From: a virus
Taxonomy: Duplodnaviria > Caudoviricetes
Reading direction: 5' to 3' (one strand)
Virus record (IMG/VR): IMGVR_UViG_3300032130_000001
Span: 1-53,271 of that record
Length of the DNA: 53,271 nucleotides
How positions within the stretch are numbered: the first letter of the stretch is position 1; each line of letters starts with the position of its first letter. The notes below the pieces were generated by a model. That model did not search any database. It was not told the origin of the DNA and saw only the letters and a list, made by a program, of their open reading frames with translations. Of the stretch, positions 36,644-47,300 are shown one piece after another. Position numbers and translations under genes: made by a program.

Positions 36644-36651
36644 GGGACAAC

Positions 36652-37905
36652 ATGCAATCAAAAACAATCGCTGGTATCTTTGTAGATAACATTGCAGATA
36701 GTAGCAATCCAGAATTAAACCTTTCAGATGCGTTAGCAACTGAGAAGGGTGCTAGAGACATTGCCTCTCAGATGATTGCCGCATCACAAACGGTATCTAT
36801 TCAAGCAGTTCCGTGTGAAGTAGATGCAGTACTTTATAACGAAGATGATTTAGATAAATTTGGATTGAAAAGTTCAGCATTTATTGGTGGTATTAAATGT
36901 ACTCCAATATATTCTGCACATGAACTTGGTAGAGGTGGATCCGGATGGGTTTTTCCAGTAGATCCTCATATAAAATATTATCCAATAATTGGTGAACTGG
37001 TTCCCGTTGTAACTTTTGGTGGACAGTCATATTATTATCCTCCAATAAATTCAAAGAATAATGTTAATCACAATGCAATGGCAAAAATTACTGCTAAGAG
37101 CGGAACTGGAAAATATGATAAGTCTAAAATAAAGGCATTTCTAAGTGGAGGAAGAGATAAGGATGCATTTGAAGTTTCTGAATTTCCTCGTCCAGTTAAA
37201 CAATATCCAGGTGATTGGGCTATTAACGGTCGTAACGATCAATCTATACGAATAGGAAAAGCAGCAGAGCAAGACGGTACATCATATTCTGTTATGAAAT
37301 TTAGAATTGCAAAAGAAGAAAAGAAAGCAAAGAATTTATTTCTTCCACTTGAAGAAAATCCGAATGAAGATGTAGCTTCAATATACATGATGAGAAATGA
37401 AGATCTTGAGTTAAATGTAATTCCAAAGGTAGATGATGAAACTACTCCAGTTAATTTTAGTGGAGAACAAATTTTAATAGATTCAAAAAAGTTAATTTTT
37501 AATTCAAAATTAGGTGGAAACATAAACATTTTTTCAGGAAAGAATTTTAATTTTGTAGCAAGGAATACAGTTAATCTTGTTGGCGAATATATTAGGATTG
37601 GAGATGTAAATGTTGATAAAATGCAAAGTGCAGTTATGGGAGAACTTCTTTGTGAATTTTTAGCAGAACTTTTACAAGAAATTAATAGATTTGCAGGAAA
37701 GGTTAGTGGAGCAACGGGTATTGGGAATATCGGAATAACCGTTCCAATTCCAGCATTAATGGGTGCGGGATCAGGATTACAAGCATATATTTCAGAACAT
37801 ACGAAAGAGTCGTTACAAAAACGATTATTGAGTGGTAACATTAAATTGTCAAGAAGAAAAAGAAATTTAAAAAGAGGATTAAGAGAAGGAATTGGTAATG
37901 GCTGA
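36652..37905 (+). CDS. baseplate hub/spike (gp5/VgrG-like) protein
   Basis: OB-like YPIIGELV; PGDWAINGRNDQSIRIG; FSGEQILIDSKKLIFNSK; AVMGE; position in the module. Confidence 0.55.
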   Translation: MQSKTIAGIFVDNIADSSNPELNLSDALATEKGARDIASQMIAASQTVSIQAVPCEVDAVLYNEDDLDKFGLKSSAFIGGIKCTPIYSAHELGRGGSGWVFPVDPHIKYYPIIGELVPVVTFGGQSYYYPPINSKNNVNHNAMAKITAKSGTGKYDKSKIKAFLSGGRDKDAFEVSEFPRPVKQYPGDWAINGRNDQSIRIGKAAEQDGTSYSVMKFRIAKEEKKAKNLFLPLEENPNEDVASIYMMRNEDLELNVIPKVDDETTPVNFSGEQILIDSKKLIFNSKLGGNINIFSGKNFNFVARNTVNLVGEYIRIGDVNVDKMQSAVMGELLCEFLAELLQEINRFAGKVSGATGIGNIGITVPIPALMGAGSGLQAYISEHTKESLQKRLLSGNIKLSRRKRNLKRGLREGIGNG

Positions 37906-39445
37906 TTTATATTGTAAAAATATTACGTCATTAAAAAGACATCTTCCTCAAAATGCTAAACTTCTATTGGGAGATCAGATTACTGGAGGTTCTGCAATTA
38001 AAGAAAGTCATGGTGATAAATCGGCTTCAGGAATAAGTGATGCGGAGTTAGAAAAAAATAAGATTGCTTCTTCCATTTATGGTCTTAGCGGAAATATGGT
38101 AGAACTGTTTCCACTTGGCAGTGTATTGGGTCCTGGAGATTTTGTTTCAGAGGATGGATTTATCGCAGGTTCGGATGGAGTAGATGTTATTCACTCTGGT
38201 TATGGTGGTGAAGCTCGAGCTTTTGCACCTGGAACACATTTACGTGATGGAGATATTGTTATAAATGGTAAATTTAGAGATGCAGATGGTAATTTAATAG
38301 AAGCACCGGCTGTCGCATCAAATGGAAGTACAGTATCAGATGAAGGTGCCGTAGTTTCTCCAGGTGGTGCAGATCCTGAAGCGGATGAATACTGTTCACT
38401 ACAAGAATTGGCTGGAAGACCAGAAGAAGGTTCGTTTTTAGATGATTTGGCTCAGGATTTAGATATTGATTTAGACATTCCTGGTTTAGACTTTGCATGG
38501 TGGGTAAAAATACAGAAAAAAATAAATGAGTTAACTGCATTACAAGGAAAATTTCTTGCTAAAACAAAGAATTTGGTTTCGTTAATAGAATTAGACCCTG
38601 AAGATGCATGCAAGTATGTTCCTGATATTAGTAAATTATTAGAGCTCATGCAAAAAGTTCAAAGAACCATTAGCAAAATTAAAAAAATATTGAGAGCAGT
38701 TAATAAATTAATTAAAAAAATGAAAAAGGCTATTAAACTTATTAAGTGGCTGTTTGCTCCAATTAGATTGGTAGAAGCATTCCTATTTTGTTTACAAATA
38801 ATAGAAGGAATGGCAATAATGTTAGATCAAGCATACAAAAATTTAACAGATACAAGCAAATTACTTCCACAATTGATTTCTTTGTTGAAAAAACTTTTAG
38901 CACAATGTGCAACAAACAGAGGAGCCGAAGCAGGATTAAGTGCAGAAGAATGTGCAAAATTGGGTGGAGTTTTGGTAGATAGAAGAGCAGGCGATATGGG
39001 ACCCACCACCGGTGGAAGATTAGCGAATGCATTAGATGAATTGGCTGATGGTCTTGGTGATGAGTATGGCGATGATGATTACATGAGACCAGGACTTGGA
39101 TTAAATGTAGGAGATCAAGTTAATAGTGGATCTGTTGTTCGACATTCGAATCCACCAGTAATAATCAATATTTATGGTTCAGCTGGTGATGGAAGTGGAG
39201 ATGGAAGTGGTGATGGAAGTGGAGATGGAAGTGGTGATGGAAGTGGAACATCGGTCCAAGCACCATTTATAGTTCCAGATGATGAATTAGATTATAGTGC
39301 CGGAGATGAAGGAGCCGCTGGATTATCAGATAATGCAGTATTATCAGAAGAGGAATTAGAAGCACTGTTAGATTCTCAATTAATAGATTTAAATGATTGT
39401 ATGACAGAATTAGATGATATGGATAAAGCAAACAATTTTGTTTAG
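37898..39445 (+). CDS. virion-module protein with long helical segment and GDGS repeat
   Basis: Coupled ORF in the baseplate module. Confidence 0.65.
   Translation: MADLYCKNITSLKRHLPQNAKLLLGDQITGGSAIKESHGDKSASGISDAELEKNKIASSIYGLSGNMVELFPLGSVLGPGDFVSEDGFIAGSDGVDVIHSGYGGEARAFAPGTHLRDGDIVINGKFRDADGNLIEAPAVASNGSTVSDEGAVVSPGGADPEADEYCSLQELAGRPEEGSFLDDLAQDLDIDLDIPGLDFAWWVKIQKKINELTALQGKFLAKTKNLVSLIELDPEDACKYVPDISKLLELMQKVQRTISKIKKILRAVNKLIKKMKKAIKLIKWLFAPIRLVEAFLFCLQIIEGMAIMLDQAYKNLTDTSKLLPQLISLLKKLLAQCATNRGAEAGLSAEECAKLGGVLVDRRAGDMGPTTGGRLANALDELADGLGDEYGDDDYMRPGLGLNVGDQVNSGSVVRHSNPPVIINIYGSAGDGSGDGSGDGSGDGSGDGSGTSVQAPFIVPDDELDYSAGDEGAAGLSDNAVLSEEELEALLDSQLIDLNDCMTELDDMDKANNFV
39185..39244 (+). 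repeat. 12-bp coding tandem repeat GGWGATGGAAGT x5 (GDGS)
   Basis: Read directly from the sequence; position 3 alternates T/A. Confidence 0.95.
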
Positions 39446-39463
39446 TCATATATATTATTAAGA

Positions 39464-39904
39464 ATGAAGGGTATTACCATGAAAAAAGATACAACTAAAG
39501 CATTAAGGGGCATAATAAAAAAGATGGTGTCAGAGGAAGTTTCTAAACAAATAAAATATGTTATAAAGGAATTAACTGATCCAACACCAGTTGATGCAAT
39601 TGGTAAAGAAGAGCATCAACCAAAGTATACTGAAACTAAAAAATATACTGATGATCCTATTTTAAACGAAGTTTTAAATAATACAGAGGGTGGTATATCT
39701 AATGGTGCTCCAGCTGGATTTGAAGAATATCCAACTTTGGGCGGTGGTGCTGTTGACAGTGTAGAAAAATTAGCAGGAATGCAATCTTCTATGCAACCAG
39801 TACAAGACACGGCTAATATGCCAGATTTTATGAAAAAAGCTTTTAGCGGACATTCAGCAAAAGTAGTTAAGGCAATAGATAATAAGCATGGCACTAGAAC
39901 TTAA
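39464..39904 (+). CDS. hypothetical phage protein
   Basis: DPILNEVLNNT motif. Confidence 0.65.
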   Translation: MKGITMKKDTTKALRGIIKKMVSEEVSKQIKYVIKELTDPTPVDAIGKEEHQPKYTETKKYTDDPILNEVLNNTEGGISNGAPAGFEEYPTLGGGAVDSVEKLAGMQSSMQPVQDTANMPDFMKKAFSGHSAKVVKAIDNKHGTRT

Positions 39905-40346
39905 ACGATTAATAAAAAATTTAGCAAACTTAAAGCATAGACAAACTTTGAAAAATAAGTTTTTGAAGACTAAGCCTAAAATTCAAGAAATGAAACAAAA
40001 TGTTGAAAAGGCTAATGAAGAAGCGATTGCATTTCATGATTATGTTAAAAGGGCAGAAGTTGGAATGGATCCTGCTGGAGTTATTCCTCCAATGGAAAAA
40101 AATTCATTTAACCCTCTTGTTGAAACATTAACTACTTTAGTGTCCAATACATCATTGACTTCAACGCAAAGAATAGCGTTAGTTGCTTCTCTTGAATCAT
40201 CGTTGGATATAGGTATTGCTGTTACAAATAGTGGTCAACGATATTTAACTACAAGGGCACGAGCAACTGAACTTGGAGCTTCGTTTACAGAAATGAATTC
40301 AACCCTTGCTAACGTGCTTAGTGGCGGAAAAGGAACACTTAAATAA
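39888..40346 (+). CDS. hypothetical protein
   Basis: Coupled ORF. Confidence 0.6.
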   Translation: MALELKRLIKNLANLKHRQTLKNKFLKTKPKIQEMKQNVEKANEEAIAFHDYVKRAEVGMDPAGVIPPMEKNSFNPLVETLTTLVSNTSLTSTQRIALVASLESSLDIGIAVTNSGQRYLTTRARATELGASFTEMNSTLANVLSGGKGTLK

Positions 40347-40783
40347 TGGCATTAGAAAATCCAAGAACAACAACAGTTAGGTTAAGAGATAAAGATCCGG
40401 ATTCGAAAATAGGAATAACATTACCTATTCAACGGGGACAAAACGGGTTTTTTCAACAATCAAGTACACTGCTAGAACAAACAAAAAGTAATTTAAAAAA
40501 TTTATTATTAACGGTTAAGGGCGAAAGATTAGCTCAACCAGAATTTGGAAGTAATATTTATAATATTTTATTTGAAAATATGGATACAGGTTTTTCTAAA
40601 AAAATAGAAGATTCTATTAGAGAAGCGGTAGCAAAATGGTTGCCGCATGTTATTCTAAATGCAGTAATTATAGATGCTTCACATAATACAAATACTGTGA
40701 ATATATCTGTACAATATTCGTTAGTTAATGATGCGTCAGCATTAGAATCATTGTCTTTAAATTTAATACGAGCTGGAGATTAA
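40346..40783 (+). CDS. baseplate wedge protein gp25/GPW-like
   Basis: NLKNLLLTVKGERLAQPEFGSNI..LFE..IREAVAKWLPHV. Confidence 0.9.
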   Translation: MALENPRTTTVRLRDKDPDSKIGITLPIQRGQNGFFQQSSTLLEQTKSNLKNLLLTVKGERLAQPEFGSNIYNILFENMDTGFSKKIEDSIREAVAKWLPHVILNAVIIDASHNTNTVNISVQYSLVNDASALESLSLNLIRAGD

Positions 40784-40784
40784 T

Positions 40785-42779
40785 ATGGCGAGTGTAAAAA
40801 CTAGGCCTAAAGAGGTAAACTATTTAAGTAAAAATTTTACAGGATTCAAATCCGATTTGATGGAGTTTGCTAAAACTTACTTTCCAACTTCGTATGCAGA
40901 TTTTAATGAGACGTCTCCTGGAATGATGTTTATTGAAATGGCATCGTATGTTGGTGATGTTCTTTCATTTTATATAGACGAACAGTTTAGAGAGTCGTTA
41001 CTGGTATACGCAGAAGAAAGAAAAACTATTTTTGATATTGCTCAATCGTATGGGTATAAACCAATAATGTCAACGCCGTCTGTAGCCAATCTAGATTTTT
41101 TTCAAACTGTTCCAACAACTGGTACTGGTGCAAATATAAAACCAAATTATGATTATGGTCATATTATTAAAGTTGGGTCAGTAGTAGAAAGCGAAGAATA
41201 TGCTAGAACTTTTAGAACGTTAAACGAAGTTGATTTTAAACATTCAAGTTCTATGGATCTTACTACTACATCTATTTACGAGCTAGATGACGATGGTGTT
41301 ACTCCAACAAAATATTTATTAAAAAAATCGTGTAAAGCAGTTAGCGGAACAGAAAAAACAGAAACGTTTGAATTTGGAACTGCTGTTGCTTATGATCAAA
41401 TTAAATTGGGAAATGGTCCAGTATTAGAAGTATTATCCGTTGAAGATGCAGATGGCAATAACTGGTACGAGGTAGAATCTTTAGCACAAGATATAATTTA
41501 CGATGATGTTGAAAATACTGCAGAGTTTGATGAAAATTTAGCGGCGTATAATGAAACAGTTCCATATATTTTAAAATTAATACGAACACAAAAGAGATTT
41601 AAAACTAAATTAGATGTTGATGGAAAAACTATATTACAGTTTGGATCTGGAACAGCTACTTCTGCAGATGAAGAAGTAATACCAAATCCAACAACAGTAG
41701 GAAATTCTTTTACTAATAGTAATTACCTAAACAATAATAGTGCACTGGATCCAGCAAATTTTTTGACTACGGCAGTATACGGAGCAGCGCCGTCTAATAC
41801 AACTCTTACAATTAAGTATTCAGTTGGTGGAGGTGTAGAATCTAATGTTCCTTCTAATAGTATAACAACCAAAAGAAGCCTAATAACTGTTATTAATTCT
41901 TCTGGGTTAGACACTGCACTGGTTCAAGAATCTTTTAGATCTATTGCTGTTAATAATCCTGTTCCAGCAACCGGTGGGAGAGGAGAAGAATCTTTAGCAG
42001 AAATCAAAGAGAATACTAGACAGTATTTTCAAGCACAAAATAGAGCAGTTTCTAAAGAAGATTATATTACAAGAGTTTATAATTTACCTCCAAAGTATGG
42101 TAATATTGCAAAGGTTTATATAACGCAAGATGATCAGATCAATTCTGGAGAAGGAGTAATTCAAGAACAAACAATTACTCAAGAAACATTAGATGATTTT
42201 GGTGGAGAAATACCAATATCAAAGGTTCAGCAAAGAATGCCTAATCCAATGGCTTTGAATTTTTATGTTCTTGGATATGATCAAAATAAACAATTAACAA
42301 CGGTTAATCAAGCTACAAAGAAAAATATTAAAACGTATTTGGGGCCATACAGAATTTTAACAGATGCAGTTAATTTAAAAGATGCGTACGTTATTAATGT
42401 CGGTATTAGGTTTTCGATTTATGTCAAGAAAGGGTTTAATAAGCAAGAAATTATATTAAAATGTATTGATAATGTTAGAAACTATTTTGATCCAGATCTA
42501 TGGCAAATAAATCAACCCATAATATTAGCTGATATTGCATACGAAATATCTTTGGTTGAAGGAGTTAACAATGTAGTTCCTCCAATAAACAACAATCCTT
42601 CTGGGAATTTAATTGTTTTGGAAAATAAATTTTCTCAGGCTTTAGGTTATTCGGGAAATATTTATGACATTCAATCTGCTACTAAGAATGGAATAGTTTA
42701 TCCGTCTTTAGATCCAGCCATATTTGAATTAAAATTCCCATCAATTGATATTGTTGGTAAAGTTCTAGGAGATTATTAA
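40785..42779 (+). CDS. baseplate wedge protein (T4 gp6/baseplate J-like)
   Basis: YADFNETSPGMMFIEMASYVGDVLSFY, LQFGSG, ATGGRGEES, QNRAVSKEDY. Confidence 0.88.
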   Translation: MASVKTRPKEVNYLSKNFTGFKSDLMEFAKTYFPTSYADFNETSPGMMFIEMASYVGDVLSFYIDEQFRESLLVYAEERKTIFDIAQSYGYKPIMSTPSVANLDFFQTVPTTGTGANIKPNYDYGHIIKVGSVVESEEYARTFRTLNEVDFKHSSSMDLTTTSIYELDDDGVTPTKYLLKKSCKAVSGTEKTETFEFGTAVAYDQIKLGNGPVLEVLSVEDADGNNWYEVESLAQDIIYDDVENTAEFDENLAAYNETVPYILKLIRTQKRFKTKLDVDGKTILQFGSGTATSADEEVIPNPTTVGNSFTNSNYLNNNSALDPANFLTTAVYGAAPSNTTLTIKYSVGGGVESNVPSNSITTKRSLITVINSSGLDTALVQESFRSIAVNNPVPATGGRGEESLAEIKENTRQYFQAQNRAVSKEDYITRVYNLPPKYGNIAKVYITQDDQINSGEGVIQEQTITQETLDDFGGEIPISKVQQRMPNPMALNFYVLGYDQNKQLTTVNQATKKNIKTYLGPYRILTDAVNLKDAYVINVGIRFSIYVKKGFNKQEIILKCIDNVRNYFDPDLWQINQPIILADIAYEISLVEGVNNVVPPINNNPSGNLIVLENKFSQALGYSGNIYDIQSATKNGIVYPSLDPAIFELKFPSIDIVGKVLGDY

Positions 42780-43885
42780 TGGCTCATTATTTTGAATATG
42801 CCGATAAAGATGCAACTATATTGAGAGGTGCAACGGAAGTTGCAACTGGTAGTTGGAAAAATACCGGAATGGATGAAATATTAGAAGTTGGTAAAAATTT
42901 TACATCTGGTACTACATCGTTTAATCAAGTTAATAGATCACTCATTAAATTTTCGACAACTATATTGTCTCAATCTGTTGCTGATGGAACTATTGGAGCA
43001 GGTGTTACATTTTATTTAAACATGTATGATGCTGGTGCCACGGAATTAAATCGAGATAACACACTGTATACGTATGCTGTTTCACAAAGTTGGGACGAAG
43101 GTGATGGAAAAGCAACTGATCTTCCACAAACAGAAAATGGAGTAAGTTGGAGATATAGAACTGCAGATACTGGTTCTGAATGGGGACACGTTGATAGTGG
43201 TAGTTGGGGCGGAACTTACTATTCAGGATCAGAATACACAGGTTCTCAAACATTTAACAAGAATGATTCAGTTGATATGAGAATGAATGTTACCAACATT
43301 GTAAACCATTGGATTAGTGGAAGTATTAGCAATGAAGGTTTTTTAGTACGACGAGGGTTGAGTGAAGAAACTAGTAGTGTACATAGTGGAAATTTTAAAT
43401 TCTTTTCATCTGATACTCATACAGTTTTTCAACCCAGATTAGAAGCAGTATGGAATGATTCTGTTTATGATACTGGTTCATTGAGTGGATTGACTTCTAC
43501 ACAAATAGAAAGACTAACTATAAACATAGAAAATTTTAAACCAAAATATAAGAAAGGTACACTATCAACAATTAGAATTAAGGGAAGAGAAAAATATCCT
43601 GCCAAAACACATTCTGTAACATCATCGTATATGGATGTAAAATATTTGCCAAGCGGATCTAGCTATTATTCTATAGTTGATAACAGAACAAGTACTACAA
43701 TTATACCATTCGGATCAGGATCTATTATTAGTTGTGATTCTAATGGGAATTATATTAATTTAAGAACTGAAGCATTAGAAGTAGAAAGAGTTTACGAAAT
43801 ACAGTTTAAAATAGAAAGCGGTTCGGGTATTAATAAAACTGTACAATATTTTGATGGAAATCATCAATTCTTGGTAGTAAAATAA
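42779..43885 (+). CDS. virion structural protein (DNRLRE-like beta-sandwich)
   Basis: DKDATI..NTGMDEILEV..RSLIKF..SQSWDEG..NEGFLVR..FFSSDT..PRLEAVW. Confidence 0.65.
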   Translation: MAHYFEYADKDATILRGATEVATGSWKNTGMDEILEVGKNFTSGTTSFNQVNRSLIKFSTTILSQSVADGTIGAGVTFYLNMYDAGATELNRDNTLYTYAVSQSWDEGDGKATDLPQTENGVSWRYRTADTGSEWGHVDSGSWGGTYYSGSEYTGSQTFNKNDSVDMRMNVTNIVNHWISGSISNEGFLVRRGLSEETSSVHSGNFKFFSSDTHTVFQPRLEAVWNDSVYDTGSLSGLTSTQIERLTINIENFKPKYKKGTLSTIRIKGREKYPAKTHSVTSSYMDVKYLPSGSSYYSIVDNRTSTTIIPFGSGSIISCDSNGNYINLRTEALEVERVYEIQFKIESGSGINKTVQYFDGNHQFLVVK

Positions 43886-44004
43886 TGGATTTCGATTGGT
43901 TAAATAGTCTTGGATATTTTGAAGTTATAGAAATGTCTTTTTGGATGGGTGTGATGTATTTTGGAAAATGTTGGATAGACAATTACTTTAAAGGAAAATA
44001 GATA

Positions 44005-44304
44005 ATGCCATATAGTCAAGAAGAATTAGAAGCAAACGAACATTATACTTCCTTAAAAGTTCGAGATGAAATAAAATATAATCAAGAATACGTATTTTCC
44101 AGAGATAAGTGGCTTGCTAAAGGTGGTGAAGCACATGATTCATTTAGAAATGAAGATGACGTTATTCAATTGTATGAAGATCCAGAAACGGGTGACTCAT
44201 TTCCTACACCAAATCAACATTTACGGATTTGGTTATACCAAGTAAGATATAGAACCAACGCAGCCACTAAGGATATACTGGATAGAGAATTTAAGGAGTT
44301 CTAA
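44005..44304 (+). CDS. hypothetical structural-module protein
   Basis: AAGGA RBS; TAATG coupling. Confidence 0.6.
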   Translation: MPYSQEELEANEHYTSLKVRDEIKYNQEYVFSRDKWLAKGGEAHDSFRNEDDVIQLYEDPETGDSFPTPNQHLRIWLYQVRYRTNAATKDILDREFKEF

Positions 44305-47300
44305 TGCCTAGCTCAAAAACACGCAGGTCAACAGATATTCCTAAAAAGTTATATGATCTAATAGCATTACCAGATGCAAATGATTATACAACATATAGGG
44401 ATGGTGTACAATATCCTCAATTTTCAGGAGAAGGTTATACGTCCGTAAAGTGGCCTGATGCTCTATTCGGTTTAGATCCTAATGATATTATTAGAATAAA
44501 CATTTATGGAAACAATAACGAATTAATTGCTACAGAATATGTTACCCATGATAAATTCGAATCGTTTATAAATTCAAGTATTCCGAGTCATCCAGCTATT
44601 GTTAGTTTGGATGCTGGTAAAATTTTAAGAGATCTCGGCTATCGTAGAGGAAGATTTCATTTGACTTTTGATTTTATGAGGATAGAAGCTGGAGGACCAT
44701 TTCCGTTATTGGTTAATGGAGCAGAAAGGATATTTAAAGGTTCTTTTGAAGAAACTGAAGGCAGTATTTTTGCAGCGGAACCGCATATTGATTCTGAAAC
44801 AAATGAAGGCGATCCACTATATGTAAAAGAAAATAAATTTATTCTTCAAGAAATATCATCTGGTAAGGATGAAGTTATAGTATCTCCGGCGTTTATTAAC
44901 GATGAGAGTTATAGGGAACGATTTAGAATGGCAGCATATAACTGTCTTAATTGGTTTCCAGAAGAAGGAATGACGGCTGGGTTTCCTGGAATAACATCAA
45001 ATTTTATAACATTCAATACTGGAACAAATTTACCAAGAAATTGGGTCAATGGAACAATAAGAATTAATGATGCTTATTTTATGGGAAAAAGAATAACCCC
45101 TGAAGAAACTGATGTTTTAGTAGTAGAACCAGAAATTGATATAGAAAGCAGAAGACCAAATTTGCTTGGCGATATGAATATGGATAGTTTATTTGGATGG
45201 GCAGCTCATGGATCATGGCCAAATGCTGGAGTACTGCTAAGCGATAACGGTTTCGGACACAGAGCATTGTTTTTAGATGCCGTAGCCGAACCAAATCCAG
45301 CAGGTCAATTGGCAATCAGAGCAATTATACAGAATACTATCCACTTAGATTATGAGAGTCGCCATCCAAGTTCTCTTGTTGGAACTAACTTATCTTTTAA
45401 TTTAAAATCATTCGATTGTCCAGTTGATCTAGAAGGAGTAACCTTTACAACTAGCGCGTATGTAAATGCACCGTCTGGAAGTATTGTACGATTAAGAGCT
45501 CACTCTGGTCCATGGGGAATAAGTGGAAATGATGCAGTGTCCGGACCATATACTGCTACTGGTGAATGGCAAAGAATTTCTCATACTTTTACTCTAACAA
45601 ATACATCAACTAGGGCTTTACAAATAAGATGTCAATGGGATCCAAGAAATGCAGGAATAGATCCCTCTCAAGAATCAAGTTTGGGTCAATATGCTACGTG
45701 GGCTGGAGCTCAGTTAGAACAGGGTTCTTCTATGACACCGTTTACTCGATCACAAGGTTTTGAAGATGGAACAGTAGAAGTTGCAATAAACGGTACTATT
45801 AAATTTCAAGATCCGGATGGGGTTTTAATGAATGCAGTTTTTGCAGACGGTGATGATACGTTTACTCCAATTATGACTGGAGGAACTTTAAAAATTCATG
45901 ATGCAATTGCGATTGATGATTTATCTGAAGTTACAATGTTTAGCGATGCAGACATAGAAACAATATTCGAACCAACAGTTATTCCGAAAGATGGTGACGA
46001 AGGAAAACCAGGTGGTTTCTCACCAGAAGGATGGGATCAAGAATTAAATGGACAAGCTATAGCTGTAAGAGATGAAAATGGTGATTTTATATGGAGTAGT
46101 GGATATAACGCATTTGGATCTGGAAACAAATGGTCTAATGCTGGTACCGCAAAACATGGATACCAAGCCCAATGGAGAAAGGGTAAGGGAGTCGATGGTG
46201 GTCCAGCTATGTTTTTCCCAGATTTAAATTATCAAAGTTATATTTTAGAAGCTATGAGAGCGGCTGCTTTAGAGGAGTGGTCAAATCCAGCTAAGAGTTG
46301 GTATCTTACTCGGGGATTGGCTGATCCTCGTTTTGATAACAATACACAGTTGGCTAGTTGGTGGCCACATAGATGGATGGGAATTGCATGTGGATGGAAT
46401 ACTATTGGAGCATTGGCTGCGTATGGTGTAAAACCAGGAGATACTATTAAAGTAAGTTGGATGCAAAAATCGGCTCCGGTAAATTTTGATCAGGGTGGTA
46501 GAAAAGGTGCAATGATTGGACTAGATCACTTTTTACTTGATGAATTAACACCTCCAGAGCCTCCAGTAGTTGAAGCAAGTGAAGTGTACGAAATGGATAA
46601 AGCAATTTACGAAGCGATGAGTGAAGTAAATGTGTTTGATATAGCTACTGATTGGTTCGATCCGGAAGAAATTGTAGAGGGTGAATACGTTAATATAAGA
46701 CCAGATTCGGGTGATACACCAGAGGGTTTCTATGTAGTATCACCTTCAGATTATCCAGAAGCAAAACCTCCACCACCCGCTCATAACTCTCCAGGAGCAA
46801 GAAGTCCAAGCGGAATATGGCTAGTAACGGATTTAGATGAGCAAGAACGTAGGGGAATATTAGATGAAATAGAAGAACTAGAACGGGAAGATTATGAATC
46901 CGGACATTTTAAAGAAGGTGCGTACATAGCTCAAAGAGCAAAATTACAACAAAGATTAAATAGCATGAATCAGGGTGGAAGTGCCAGAAAATCTTGGACA
47001 TTAGATGGCGAAGTATCAAGTGATTTTGAGTGGAATCAGAGTCAGAATCAGTGGATTTTAAGAGTAGGTGTAGAGAATCGAATGGTGGGTGAGGTTAGAC
47101 CAGGTTTTGTTAATATAAATGGTGCATTGGTTGAAAGTGAGGCGTTTGGTTGGAGATGGAATGGTAGTTCATGGGAATCAAACTATGTTTACTTAGGAAA
47201 TTTGGGTTCCACTACAACGGGTCTTTTTAGAATAGTTTCACACGATGGATTTTTATTTGAAGCTTCTAATGTAAGTTTTTATCCAAGTAGGGATGATTGG

